A stretch of DNA of 63,850 bases, filler included, from Welwitschia mirabilis (taxonomy: Eukaryota): assembly GCA_051453625.1 (NCBI GenBank). It is 6 parts of one record of this genome, joined end to end, with 100 filler letters (N's around TTAATTAATTAA, not from the genome) between each part and the next. Parts side by side here need not be neighbours in the genome. Positions count along the whole stretch, not along the records: positions 50,148 to 55,904 come from JBOZIK010000001.1; positions 56,005 to 63,850 come from JBOZIK010000001.1; 4 more parts are not named here. One strand, 5' to 3'. Made by a program: the position numbers and the translations under genes. Positions 50,351 to 61,858 of this stretch are shown one piece after another. The notes under the pieces were generated by a model. The model was not told the origin of the DNA. It searched no databases and saw nothing but the letters and a program-made list of their open reading frames with translations. Every line of letters begins with the position of its first letter. The stretch's first letter is position 1.

Positions 50351-52823
50351 CTCTAGTAAGTATTTAGATCTTAGTTCAAATATTTGTTGTTGTAATGCCA
50401 ATTTATAGGAATTTGATGATGTAATTTATGTTCTTTTACAAGACATTTACACAGGTTTGGATGCAAGACTAATGATTATGGAGATTTGATAGGATGATCA
50501 ATGAAACATGTAATTATTAGCATATTTGATAGATTCTTAGGATTATTTTGACACTGCATATTTGGAATAAGTCTTAATATTATAAGAGATTGACTTACCT
50601 TTGAGATTGAAGACAAGGAATCTTGTCATCCCCTCTGTTGTCCCCACGACAGGTAAGATGATAGCACTGCTAACATGGACAAAAGCTATGGGGCTGACAG
50701 CAAGGCATGAGGATGATGATGTACCTTTTAACAGAGGATGATGTCGCCCCTATCATCCCCATGATAGTCAGGATGATAGCTATTTTCCTATGATTAGAAA
50801 GAATTCTTTATAATAGGGTCATGAAACAACCCATTTAGGCTGTCAGAATTTCTTTTCTGACCTCTAAGGTTAAGTTTCTAGAATCTCATTATAAAACTAT
50901 AAATAACCTTCTCCTCCTTCATTTTTATTTCTATCTTTTGTACCTAATATTATTTAGATGGAAGATTGAAGGATAAGAGATCCATCCAAAGCTACAAAAA
51001 AGAGTTTTCTTGGTGTTAGGCTAAGTCTCTTCCATTGAAGTGCCATTATTCTATTGTAATTGGAAGTAAAGTTCTTGAATTAATCTAGTTACTCTTTGAA
51101 TCAATATAATTGCCACCTTTATTTTAATTCTATAATATCCCTTATGGTTTACATTGATTATAGCTTAGAGTGACTTATGATTTATTTAGATCATAAGGGC
51201 AACCTTTGTTAAGGTTGACCTTAGTTAGTATTAGATTTGCATTGTTATTCCATTCCATTTTACATTACATTTTAAATTCCACTTAATAGATCTCATAGTT
51301 TATGTTGGTTAAGAACTAGTTGAATCTTATTAATTAATGTAAATTATAGAGAAGCTAGTCTTTGTGATAGAAGGATTAGAAACCAAAAGAGTTCTTTCAT
51401 TTTCACTTGCATTTCATTTTCATTCACTTGCATTACATTTACTTATTTATTTATTTTAGCCTTAATAAGATAAAAGACCAAAAACATCTTGGAAATTCAT
51501 TATCTAAATCTCAGCTTAATGCCTTCATTTGTATTATGTTATTTATTGAACTCTTATTTATACTAGTATATGTTTTCTACAAGTTATTTGATTTAGATGT
51601 TTACCTAAAAAACTTCAAGATTACATAAATTCACACTGCAACATTTTTGCTGTCATTGTTAGGAAAGGCCACAAGAAGCTAGAGAATTTTCATTAACCAA
51701 ATAAGTAACTTGAATCTTTTGTTTATGTTATTCATTTGAATTAATGTTGTATTTCTAGTTTAGTTTAAAGTAGGTTTATTTCCGTAAAATTTTATTTTCT
51801 GTAATTTTTTTATGGACCCTATTATTTTCTTTTTCATCTTGATGACATAGGGTACAATATTTCTAAAATTTTAAAAAATAGTTTTTATTTTTACAATTTT
51901 TCTTTTGTTTTTAATTTCAGTAATAAAAATACTATCATCTTCTCTATTATCCCCATGATAGATTAAATGATAGCCTGATTTTTCTGACAGTCATTTTTGG
52001 ATTTTGTAATTTTTTCCTTTTCTGCAAGTTTAAATAAATTATAATTTTATCTTTCATCCCCATGAAATTATGAATGATAGTATTTTTTTTTTGATCAATA
52101 AATTTTCATAGTTTTAAATTTCTATTACTGTGATTATCATCCTTCTTGACGTCTTTATGACTAGGTGGATAATAGCCTATTGTCTTTTATTTCAATTTTC
52201 TATTTGTTGTTTAAGCATGTAGAGATATGGTGAATTATAGTAGAAAGATAAAATATCAAAGAGAATAAAACATAATTGAAGAAAAAATTAGAGAATTATT
52301 ATTTGACATTGAGCTAAACCCAAGTATGCACACCCTATGTACGCAAATTTCCAAAATTAAAGAAGAAGATTTTTCTGCTTTTATTCTTTTAGAATTAGAT
52401 TTTGCAAAAGGAAATTATACTATATAAATAGATCGTGTTGTTTTTTCTTTAAATATGTTAAATGTATCAAAATCATCATAAAAACAAAAAAAAGTTGCTT
52501 CATCTAATACTCTAATCATAATATGAACTTCTTCCTCAAATGCAAACATTAATCTCAAGGATTTGATTACTAATAAAAAATGTAAAATTTAAAATCCTTT
52601 ATATTTATCTCTCAGAGATGATGTAGAATTAAGAAATTAAAGTGCTTATCCAACTTTTCTTGGGGAACTAGAGGAAGATACCTTTCAATATTTGGTTGAC
52701 ATTGAACAACTTGTGCTTACTTTCGGAAATGAAAAAAAACATATTAGTGACCATACATATATGATTATTATTCTAGTCACACTTAGAGGAAGAGCAAAAG
52801 TTTGGCTTAAAACTATTTTACAT

Positions 52824-54100
52824 CCTTCTCCTTGTATGCCGACATTATTAACTACCTTATTACTATGAAAAATCCTTAGCATTGAAATCATAACCAATAT
52901 AAAACTTTTTTCTACAGGATCAATCAGTATGAGTGGAATAAACCCCATTTTTATAGATGTTGCAAAGATCAAATTATATGTAAGTATGTACCTAAGTGGA
53001 AAACTTTAGAAATCTTAAAACTTTATTATGGTTAGTATATGGAAGAAATTTTAGTGGCCAAAAGACCATCATGAAAATTCTTCACTCTTGTTTTTATTGG
53101 CCTACTCTTTTCAAAGACTCATTTGAGTTTTCTAGGAAGTGTAATGCATGTCAATGCTATGGTAGTCTAACTCATTTTCATGATATGACCTTTAAACCTA
53201 TACTTGAATGTAAACCTTTTGATTGTTGGGGAATTAACTTTACATCATCTTTTAATGAGAAAAATTATATCCTTATAGCTATGGACTATGTTATTAAGTG
53301 GGTTGAAGCTATTTCTACTATCGAAAAAGATGCTCGAACCATTTGTGACTTTGTTCAAACTCATATCTTTCAATGATTTAATTTTCCATAAATTATCATT
53401 AGTGATTAAGAAAGTCATTTTATTAATCATGTTTTCTGAAAACTTCTTTTATATTTTGGTGTTGAACATAGAATTTCTTGTGCCTATCATCCTTAAACTG
53501 ATGGCTAATCTGAAAATGCAAATAAAGAAATTAAAAATATGCTTCAAAAATTAGTCTCTATTATTAAAAAACATGGTTCTCTAAACTTAATAACATTCTT
53601 TGTGCTTATCATACTACTTGAAGTATCTCTCTAGATTTTTCACCATATGAGCTTATGTACATCAAAGTTTGTTTTCTACCAGTTAATGTTTGCTATAATT
53701 CTTATTGATCCACCCATCAAATTAAGCTCATAAACTTGAATGGCAATATTCAAATTCAATTAGTCCAACTCATTGATAAAAATAGAGCCAAGTCTAGACA
53801 TGATTAAAATATTATTCATAAGTAGTTTAAACTTGGTCAACTTGCCCTTTTGTATAACACCTGAGTACATATTTTGCACAATAAGTGAACTTTTAAATAA
53901 TTAGGTCCTTATCTTATAAAAAAAGTACATTTAAATGATTCAGTTAAAATATCTAATCCAAATATTAGATAAATTTAAAGAGTTAATAGATAAAGGTTAA
54001 GAATTTATGAATTGTCTCCTAATGAAGCCTTGAAGATAATAGAAGCACTTATTCTGGAACCTTCTCTTCATGAGGAAAACCTTCCTTTTGCTATTATCTA
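52824..54100 (+). pseudogene. Decayed Gypsy integrase
   Basis: ORF 52996-53376 contains FSGQKTIMKILHSCFYWPTLFKDSFEFSRKCNACQ...PFDCWGINF...YILIAMDYVIKWVEAI. YHP*TDG lies at ~53485 and a decayed W.GPY motif at ~53900. Confidence 0.93.
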
Positions 54101-55083
54101 AATTCTTTCTTAACTCATTTCTTAGGTAAATATTATGTTATCACTTGAATATTTTTAACTTGATATATGTATTTACTTATAAAGTTTCTATGATTAGTAA
54201 TATTTTACTTGGGAATTTTCAATGATAAGATTGGCTTCATCCAATCTTTAGACATGCGTATGCCTATGAACTTTATTTTAGAAGGAAGATGCTTTAGTTC
54301 TTTTGTTCTCTTTTAATTATGTAATTAATTATTTGTTTTTGCATCTTCTTACTTTATTACTCATTTCATTCCTTTACTTTTATCCTTACAAGTAGTTGAT
54401 CATGTGGAATGATACTNNNNNNNNNNNNNNNNNNNNNNNNNNNNNNNNNNNNNNNNNNNNNNNNNNNNNNNNNNNNNNNNNNNNNNNNNNNNNNNNNNNN
54501 NNNNNNNNNNNNNNNNNNNNNNNNNNNNNNNNNNNNNNNNNNNNNNNNNNNNNNNNNNNNNNNNNNNNNNNNNNNNNNNNNNNNNNNNNNNNNNNNNNNN
54601 NNNNNNNNNNNNNNNNNNNNNNNNNNNNNNNNNNNNNNNNNNNNNNNNNNNNNNNNNNNNNNNNNNNNNNNNNNNNNNNNNNNNNNNNNNNNNNNNNNNN
54701 NNNNNNNNNNNNNNNNNNNNNNNNNNNNNNNNNNNNNNNNNNNNNNNNNNNNNNNNNNNNNNNNNNNNNNNNNNNNNNNNNNNNNNNNNNNNNNNNNNNN
54801 NNNNNNNNNNNNNNNNNNNNNNNNNNNNNNNNNNNNNNNNNNNNNNNNNNNNNNNNNNNNNNNNNNNNNNNNNNNNNNNNNNNNNNNNNNNNNNNNNNNN
54901 NNNNNNNNNNNNNNNNNNNNNNNNNNNNNNNNNNNNNNNNNNNNNNNNNNNNNNNNNNNNNNNNNNNNNNNNNNNNNNNNNNNNNNNNNNAAGAGAGAGA
55001 GGAAGGGGGAGAGAGAAAAGGAGAGAGGAGAAGAAAAGAAATAAAAACCATGATCTTTCTTGTTATATCTCAAAAACATGGTC

Positions 55084-55287
55084 ATCATGATGTCCTATGA
55101 CAAGAGCACTGGGGTAAATATTCCTGAAAGGAGCCTTTGATAATATAATATGATAGATATGAAAACTCCATTGGGGCATCAATTGATCATGTTTTACGAC
55201 TCCTTACTCATCTGATAAGGATTGCACTCCCTTCATCATGAACAATTAAATTGCATTTCAAGGCTATGAGATCAGTGATGTCCCTGG
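55084..55287 (+). ncRNA. Conserved non-coding 3'-region module (copy 2)
   Basis: Aligns with 14125-14338 and is closed by TCATGATG...CATCATGA. Confidence 0.5.
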
Positions 55288-55904
55288 TGTTGCAACTAAT
55301 TTTTGCAACACAAATAATTTTTTTAATTGAAACATGATATGCCTGAAACATGAGGGATAAGTATGGCTGAAGACCCTTTTTCCTTGGCACAACTTTGATG
55401 TAATACACTTTTTTTTTTGGGTTGTTACCTTTTCCTCCGCCTTTCATTGCTAGCCAATAGGCTTTTATACATATGGGGGGAAATTTTGAGGGACATTATA
55501 GGAAAAATGACAAAAGAAATTGAGGGATAATAGGAGAGATTTATGGGATAGTGGAGGGAAATAAGGAATTAGGGAGAGTTTGTTTAGGAGGGATGGTTAA
55601 TCTACTTAAAAATAGGTGGAGAGATGAGATGGATTTTTACAAAATAGGAGTAAATATCTCCTCTATAGTTGCCCCCCAATTTTTTTAATATAAAACATTT
55701 TTTTAATATCAAAAAATTGATGGACTAATAAAACATAACTAATTACAAATTTTAATAAGGCTTGATCAAAATAGAGCTGGCCTTTTCCTAGCTCTGTTAT
55801 GGTGAACATGGCTAAACTTTCCCAAACCATTATTAAGAGTATTTTTGGGCACTTTGACCTAGCTAGGTATTTTCCGAGTGAGAAATTTTGATAAATTAAC
55901 AAAA
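55288..55904 (+). mobile_element. Probable start of a different LTR (Tat/Ogre-like?) inserted into the 3' module
   Basis: Homology to ~14340 onward ends here and the sequence restarts with TGTTGCAACTAATTTTTG. The family is not determined. Confidence 0.4.
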
Positions 55905-56004
55905 NNNNNNNNNNNNNNNNNNNNNNNNNNNNNNNNNNNNNNNNNNNNTTAATTAATTAANNNNNNNNNNNNNNNNNNNNNNNNNNNNNNNNNNNNNNNN
56001 NNNN

Positions 56005-56080
56005 GAGCATTTATCTATTAGTTTATCTGCAAAACAACTCAAAATACCCTATCAAATACACTTAAGTTAGCGTCGCAACA
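56005..56080 (-). mobile_element. 5' terminus of a subtype D LTR on the minus strand
   Basis: The reverse complement TGTTGCGACGCTAACTTAAGTGTATTTGATAGGGTATTTTGAGTTG matches 46080 onward. Confidence 0.85.
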
Positions 56081-56512
56081 TGTTTATTTGATACAATTTA
56101 TACAAGTAATAAGGCCCAACATAGAATTAACTACCTATCATATATTTGAATCAACATTCCAAGATTTATGGATCTTGAACTAATTTACAATAAATTAAAA
56201 CTTAAATCCAACATTTAATGCCACCTTCATATGCCTCTACCACATGTTTTTCAATGCTACTACTACATGTCTTCACCTCATGTTTACCTTATCATCATTA
56301 TTTTGTGTGGAATTGTGTCCATCTTTTATCATGTCTTCCAAAAAAATTGTTCAAGATTTATAAATATTATATAGAAAAGTATAAAATAAACTTTTATTTA
56401 AAAAAAATAGAAGACATATTTTATGATTAAAACAAGTAAATTAATGTATCCTTTTATAATAAATTGACCTAAAACAATTGATATAAATTTTAATTTTTGT
56501 ATGTTAATACAC

Positions 56513-59500
56513 TATTGTGCTACCAAATTTTTTGTATTTTATAGGGTATTTTGAGTAGTTTTATAGGAAATTAGATAAGTTTATACTAAGTTTTGATGAT
56601 AATGAAGAGCTAAGGCAATTATCATAAAAACATGCAATCTTCATTACATTTAATAGGATTTGAAGCAATTTATAATACTTTCTATTTAAAGTAATAATCT
56701 AGTAATCAAACAGAATACTGTAATACAATAAATACTTTACAAATATCCATCATTCATCTAATTATCAAAACAATTGTACAAATGATAAAACTACTAAAGC
56801 TAAGAAGGATGCTTACTGGATTAAGCTAGAAACTGATGTAAAACTCATATGATATGGCATCATCTCTTATAATATCTGAATGATTAGCATTATGATACCT
56901 AAAATAAATGCTTCATAAAATTTTACCAAACCTTAGCCATGTAGCTTTCATCTTCTTACATAGTTATTAAGGTTGTTAGCATATCTGTTTGTATTTTCTA
57001 ATTTTGAAGTCTATTTTGTAATAAATACCTTATTTGTTCTTAACTCCATTTTCATCTTTTTTGACACTAGAAATTCTTGTGATAGGAGATCAAAGGATAT
57101 AAGGTCCATTTATTATTATTGCATAGAGACATCTTCATTGATGTCAAGCTGTGTACCCTTGATTAAGGTGCTGCTACTTTGTAACATGAACATTGGTTTA
57201 GTTTTAATCAAAACTCTATTTTCTTTTCATACATTTTTGTTATTTGCATCTCCATTATGGCTTATATTGTTTCTAATTTCATGATAGCTTCTTTGGTGAT
57301 GTAGATTATAAAGGAAAACTTTATTAAGGTTTACATTATTAGTTTAGGTGCATTGCATTTCATTTCTTAGATTAACTTTGCATTGTTTTCATATTCTTTT
57401 TAACATACCTAGTAGCTTAAGTTAATCTTGATTTGGTGACAGATTTTCTTAATTGATTTAGATTAAATAGGAATAATCTCTGTGATAGGTTAATTTGGTA
57501 ATCGGATAAAAATTGCATTTAGAATAGGGTTTGTAGTTCATTTTCATAGTATATTTATTTACATTATTATTTTTCATTATTAGTTTGTTCTACTTTAAGG
57601 TTACATAAGTGTTTCAATTTCAAAACTAATTCTCTTTCTTCTCATCTATTCCTTCAATGATATTATAACATTATGATTACTCTAATCTATATTAGTATGT
57701 TAATATATATAATTTTTTATTTACATGATCTATTTAAAACTATAACATTTATATAAATATGTAATACAACATCTTGGTATCATTGCTAGGGAAGGATGCT
57801 TAGACTTTGAGGCTTGTTGTTTCTTAAGTGCATGCTTTGGAGTTTGGCTTAAGTATTTGTCTATAGTAGCATTATATTCTTATAAGAGAAACATAGGTTT
57901 TCCTTTTCACATTTTTTATTTTGCATTTTAAAAATAATACCCTATCATCCTCCTTGTTGTTCAGATAACCTACGGTGATGATGGCCTATGAAACTTGGGT
58001 TTTTTTATTTTCTTAAGAGATAGGGATTTTATATCATTCCCTCTATTATTTAGATGACTTAGAGGATGACTAATAGTTTTTATTCTATGTTATTTCACAA
58101 TTTTATTTTTTTGCATTTTTTGTTTTTGGGTTTTTTATATTTGCTGTCATCCAAGTATATCACATAGATGACCACTAAGATAATACTTATAAAAATAGAA
58201 CTGAGCATGCTAGAATATGGTAAATTCTAATAAAAAGATTAAATATTAAAGAGAGTGACTATCAATTAAAGAAAATATTTGAGAAGGTTTGGTCGATTAT
58301 AAACTTAATCTAGGTACACACATCCCACTCACATACAAGAAAATCTTTCTATTATAATATAGAATTCATTACAAAAACAAAAATAGGTTGCCTTGCCTAA
58401 TCCCCATATTGTGATTGGAACCTTTATTCCCCTTGTAAATCTAAGCACTAATGTTATTCATAAGGAATTAATTGCAAATAATAAATATAAAATTTAAACC
58501 CCTTCTAATGTACCTCCTGATAATGATGTTGAATAATAAATTTAAATGCTTATCATATTTTTAATGGAGAAAACGATAAAGATCCCCTTCAATATATAGT
58601 CGACATCAAATAGTTAGTGCTTACTTCTAGAAATGGTAAAAAAATGAACTAGTGATTATACTTATATGGTTATTTTTTATATCACTTTAAAGGAAAAGCT
58701 AAATTATGATTAAGAACTATTCCACACAAGAGTTTAAAAACATGGAATCGAGTTCAAGAATCATTTATATATAATTTATGAGTGAAACAACTATAAAATA
58801 AAGAAAGAAAGAGGTAAAAAATTTTTAATAACAGCCTAATTAAGATCATGCCTCTACTTATGAAAGATTTTTCATTACCATTCATTCTAATACTATAGAT
58901 GAATTCACTCAAGAAGAATTAGTATACTATTTCTATAGTGGACTTAATGGCCAAACCAAATGACTTGTATATTTTTCATGTAGAGGAAAATTGATGAATC
59001 CCACATTAGAAAGTACATGGACATTGTTGGAAGAACTTGTATAAGTAAGTCAAAAACGGCCTAAATCAACACTTAAATAAAATTTTACTATAGGCCAAAT
59101 CATAAAATATCTTAAATAAATAAAAAAAGAAAAGGAGGAAGTGAAAATAGAAAAAGAAATAATAAATGTCATTAAAGATTTTACAACAATACTAAAAAAA
59201 AACACTTAAATGATATTAGATGTAAAGGTAATAACTGAAGAGTATGGTTGTGGTTCCAATTTGTGATTTGTGTAAAAAACAACTACTACCATGTAATAAA
59301 AGAGTATTCTTTATTATTTACTTTTAAAGAAAATATTAATGAAGAGGTGTATGCATTCAACCAAGTCTTCAAACTTTAGAATAGAAATCAAAAGCACAAT
59401 TAAAACTAATTTCAACCTAAGATAAATGAACAACCAAATTTTAACCCTTTAAAAGAAGGTTTAAGAACTTTCAAGTAAATCATTCAAAATTTTAACCATT

Positions 59501-61858
59501 TAGAAAGAGCTTTAAGAATTCTAACTTTTAAACAAAAAACTCAAACTTCCAATCAAGTAACTCAACTTGTTAAGCAAGAATATCAAACTTTCAAAATCAC
59601 AATGATGTAATTAGAAATTCCATTGATTAGTTAAGAAAATCTTAAAAGAAAACAAATTTAAACATTAAAAATCTAGTTATTGTTCTTTAACAAACTATGC
59701 TTACTAATCAAAAACCATAAGAATCACCTGCAACACAACCTTTACCAAACCTTAATGAAGTAAGAAAAGATTGTAAGGTTGTGATAAGAAGTGAAAATGA
59801 TATAACACCTATTACCCATAAGGCTTCAACATCTTAAAATGATAATAATGATGAAGAAGAAAAGGACATTGAAATCTTAGAAAATCATTCTTTCCCTTTT
59901 CCTTTAAGTGATACGTTTAATAAGAAGGATACTTCTCAAGATAAAAGTAAGAAAGCTATTGCTCCTTAGTTTGATAGATTAAATATCAATCCTACTTTTA
60001 ATGAGTATCTTGAAGCCTTAATGTAAATTCTAAGTATAAATTTATCAATTTAGAAACTTTTACAAGAAAATCGTAAATATGGTAAGTTGTAAAAAAAATC
60101 TAATTAGGAGGAAATCAAAATAAACTATGCTTAGTAAATTATTCCTAGCCCAATTTGTAACCAACTCAGTTTTACAAAAATATTGAAATTTTAAAGATCT
60201 AGAAATACTAATAATAAGTATGACTTCAAAAGAAAATAAAAGAATAAAGAAATACTTAATCAATATAGTAGTGAGTGTTAACATTATACCTTTATACATT
60301 TGTCAATGACTTAGTTTAAAAAGTAGAATTAAGCGTACATGAATTTTCTTAAAATTGGTAGATACATCAATGAAGAAATATTTAGGAGTAATTAAAGATT
60401 TGATGATTTAAATAAGGAAACATTCTATTCAATAGATGTATTTGTGATTAAAGTTAAGCACAATAGAGGTTATTCACTACTTTTAGATAAAGATTTTTGT
60501 ATAATAGTCCATTATATTATCGACACTAAAACTAGAATGATGGAATATCACTTAAAAAATAAAAAGTTTACCATTAGAGTTTTTGATATTGTAAAAAAGG
60601 ATTTAGATGATGAGTTAAATATTAAAGAAGAAATTAAACCAACTCTATTTTTATAGCATCATCCATTTGAAGAAAGATGGTTAATTCTTTATGAGCCTAC
60701 CTTATCTGATAATCCACCTGANNNNNNNNNNNNNNNNNNNNNNNNNNNNNNNNNNNNNNNNNNNNNNNNNNNNNNNNNNNNNNNNNNNNNNNNNNNNNNN
60801 NNNNNNNNNNNNNNNNNNNNNNNNNNNNNNNNNNNNNNNNNNNNNNNNNNNNNNNNNNNNNNNNNNNNNNNNNNNNNNNNNNNNNNNNNNNNNNNNNNNN
60901 NNNNNNNNNNNNNNNNNNNNNNNNNNNNNNNNNNNNNNNNNNNNNNNNNNNNNNNNNNNNNNNNNNNNNNNNNNNNNNNNNNNNNNNNNNNNNNNNNNNN
61001 NNNNNNNNNNNNNNNNNNNNNNNNNNNNNNNNNNNNNNNNNNNNNNNNNNNNNNNNNNNNNNNNNNNNNNNNNNNNNNNNNNNNNNNNNNNNNNNNNNNN
61101 NNNNNNNNNNNNNNNNNNNNNNNNNNNNNNNNNNNNNNNNNNNNNNNNNNNNNNNNNNNNNNNNNNNNNNNNNNNNNAATTGTTTTGATCAAAAAATTGA
61201 AGAAACTGAAACTACAATCTATAGAAAAGTTAAACATCTAAAAACAATTAAGATTTCTTATTTTAAGGGAGGATATCCGTCCCAGTTATTTAAATGATAA
61301 TCTATGGTAACAGTCAACTTTGAGAAAATTTTAATAGAATTTAAAAATATAAATATAAATCTAAAACCTTTACCTAGTGAATTAAAATATTTCTTTTTAT
61401 GTGATGATTAGAACAAATATTTAATAATAAATGAGAATTGTTTCCCACAATAAGAATAATTTTTAATCTCACTCTCAAAATCTAAGATTAATGCATTTGC
61501 TTGATCTCATAAAGATTAACAACCATTTTGACTTTTATTATTCAATATAAAATCTACCTTGAGGATAATGCAAAACCTATTAGATAATCCCAATGTAGAC
61601 TAAATCTAATCCTTAAACAAGTTATAAAGAATAAAATAATTAAATAAATGGATGTTAGAATTATTTATGCCATATCTGATAGTAAGTGGGTTAACCCTTT
61701 GACGGTGGTATCTAATAAAGGTGGAAAATGGAGAATTCATATTGATTTTAGAAAATTAAATAAAGTAACCAAGAAAGATTATTATCCTTTATCTTTTTTG
61801 GACAAGATACTTGATAGAATTCAAGGACATGGTTTTTATTACTTTCTTGATAGGCATA
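56513..61858 (+). mobile_element. Athila-like element (subtype B-related): 5' LTR 56513-57771, PBS 57775-57792, decayed gag, protease and RT start; interrupted at 61858
   Basis: The LTR ends ...TACAACA and the PBS is TGGTATCATTGCTAGGGA. Gag begins at 58207 and the protease remnant lies at ~60253. Confidence 0.9.
61545..61858 (+). pseudogene. Reverse transcriptase N-terminal fragment (Ty3/Gypsy)
   Basis: Translates as IIYAISDSKWVNPLTVVSNKGGKWRIHIDFRKLNKVTKKDYYPLSFLDKILDRIQGHGFYYFLD. Confidence 0.95.

Larger units (their letters stand above)
50388..55287 (+). mobile_element. Athila-like element (subtype C): 5' LTR 50388-51643, PBS, truncated gag joined to integrase, 3' non-coding region
   Basis: The LTR runs TGTTGT...CTGCAACA with a decayed Asp PBS at ~51648. 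Gag spans 52217-~52823 and integrase follows directly. Confidence 0.9.

Noticed and set aside
57775-57785. TGGTATCA suggesting a Met PBS and a Copia element
   Set aside because: It continues TTGCTAGGGA, which makes it a transition-decayed Asp PBS, and it is followed by Gypsy-order gag-PR-RT.
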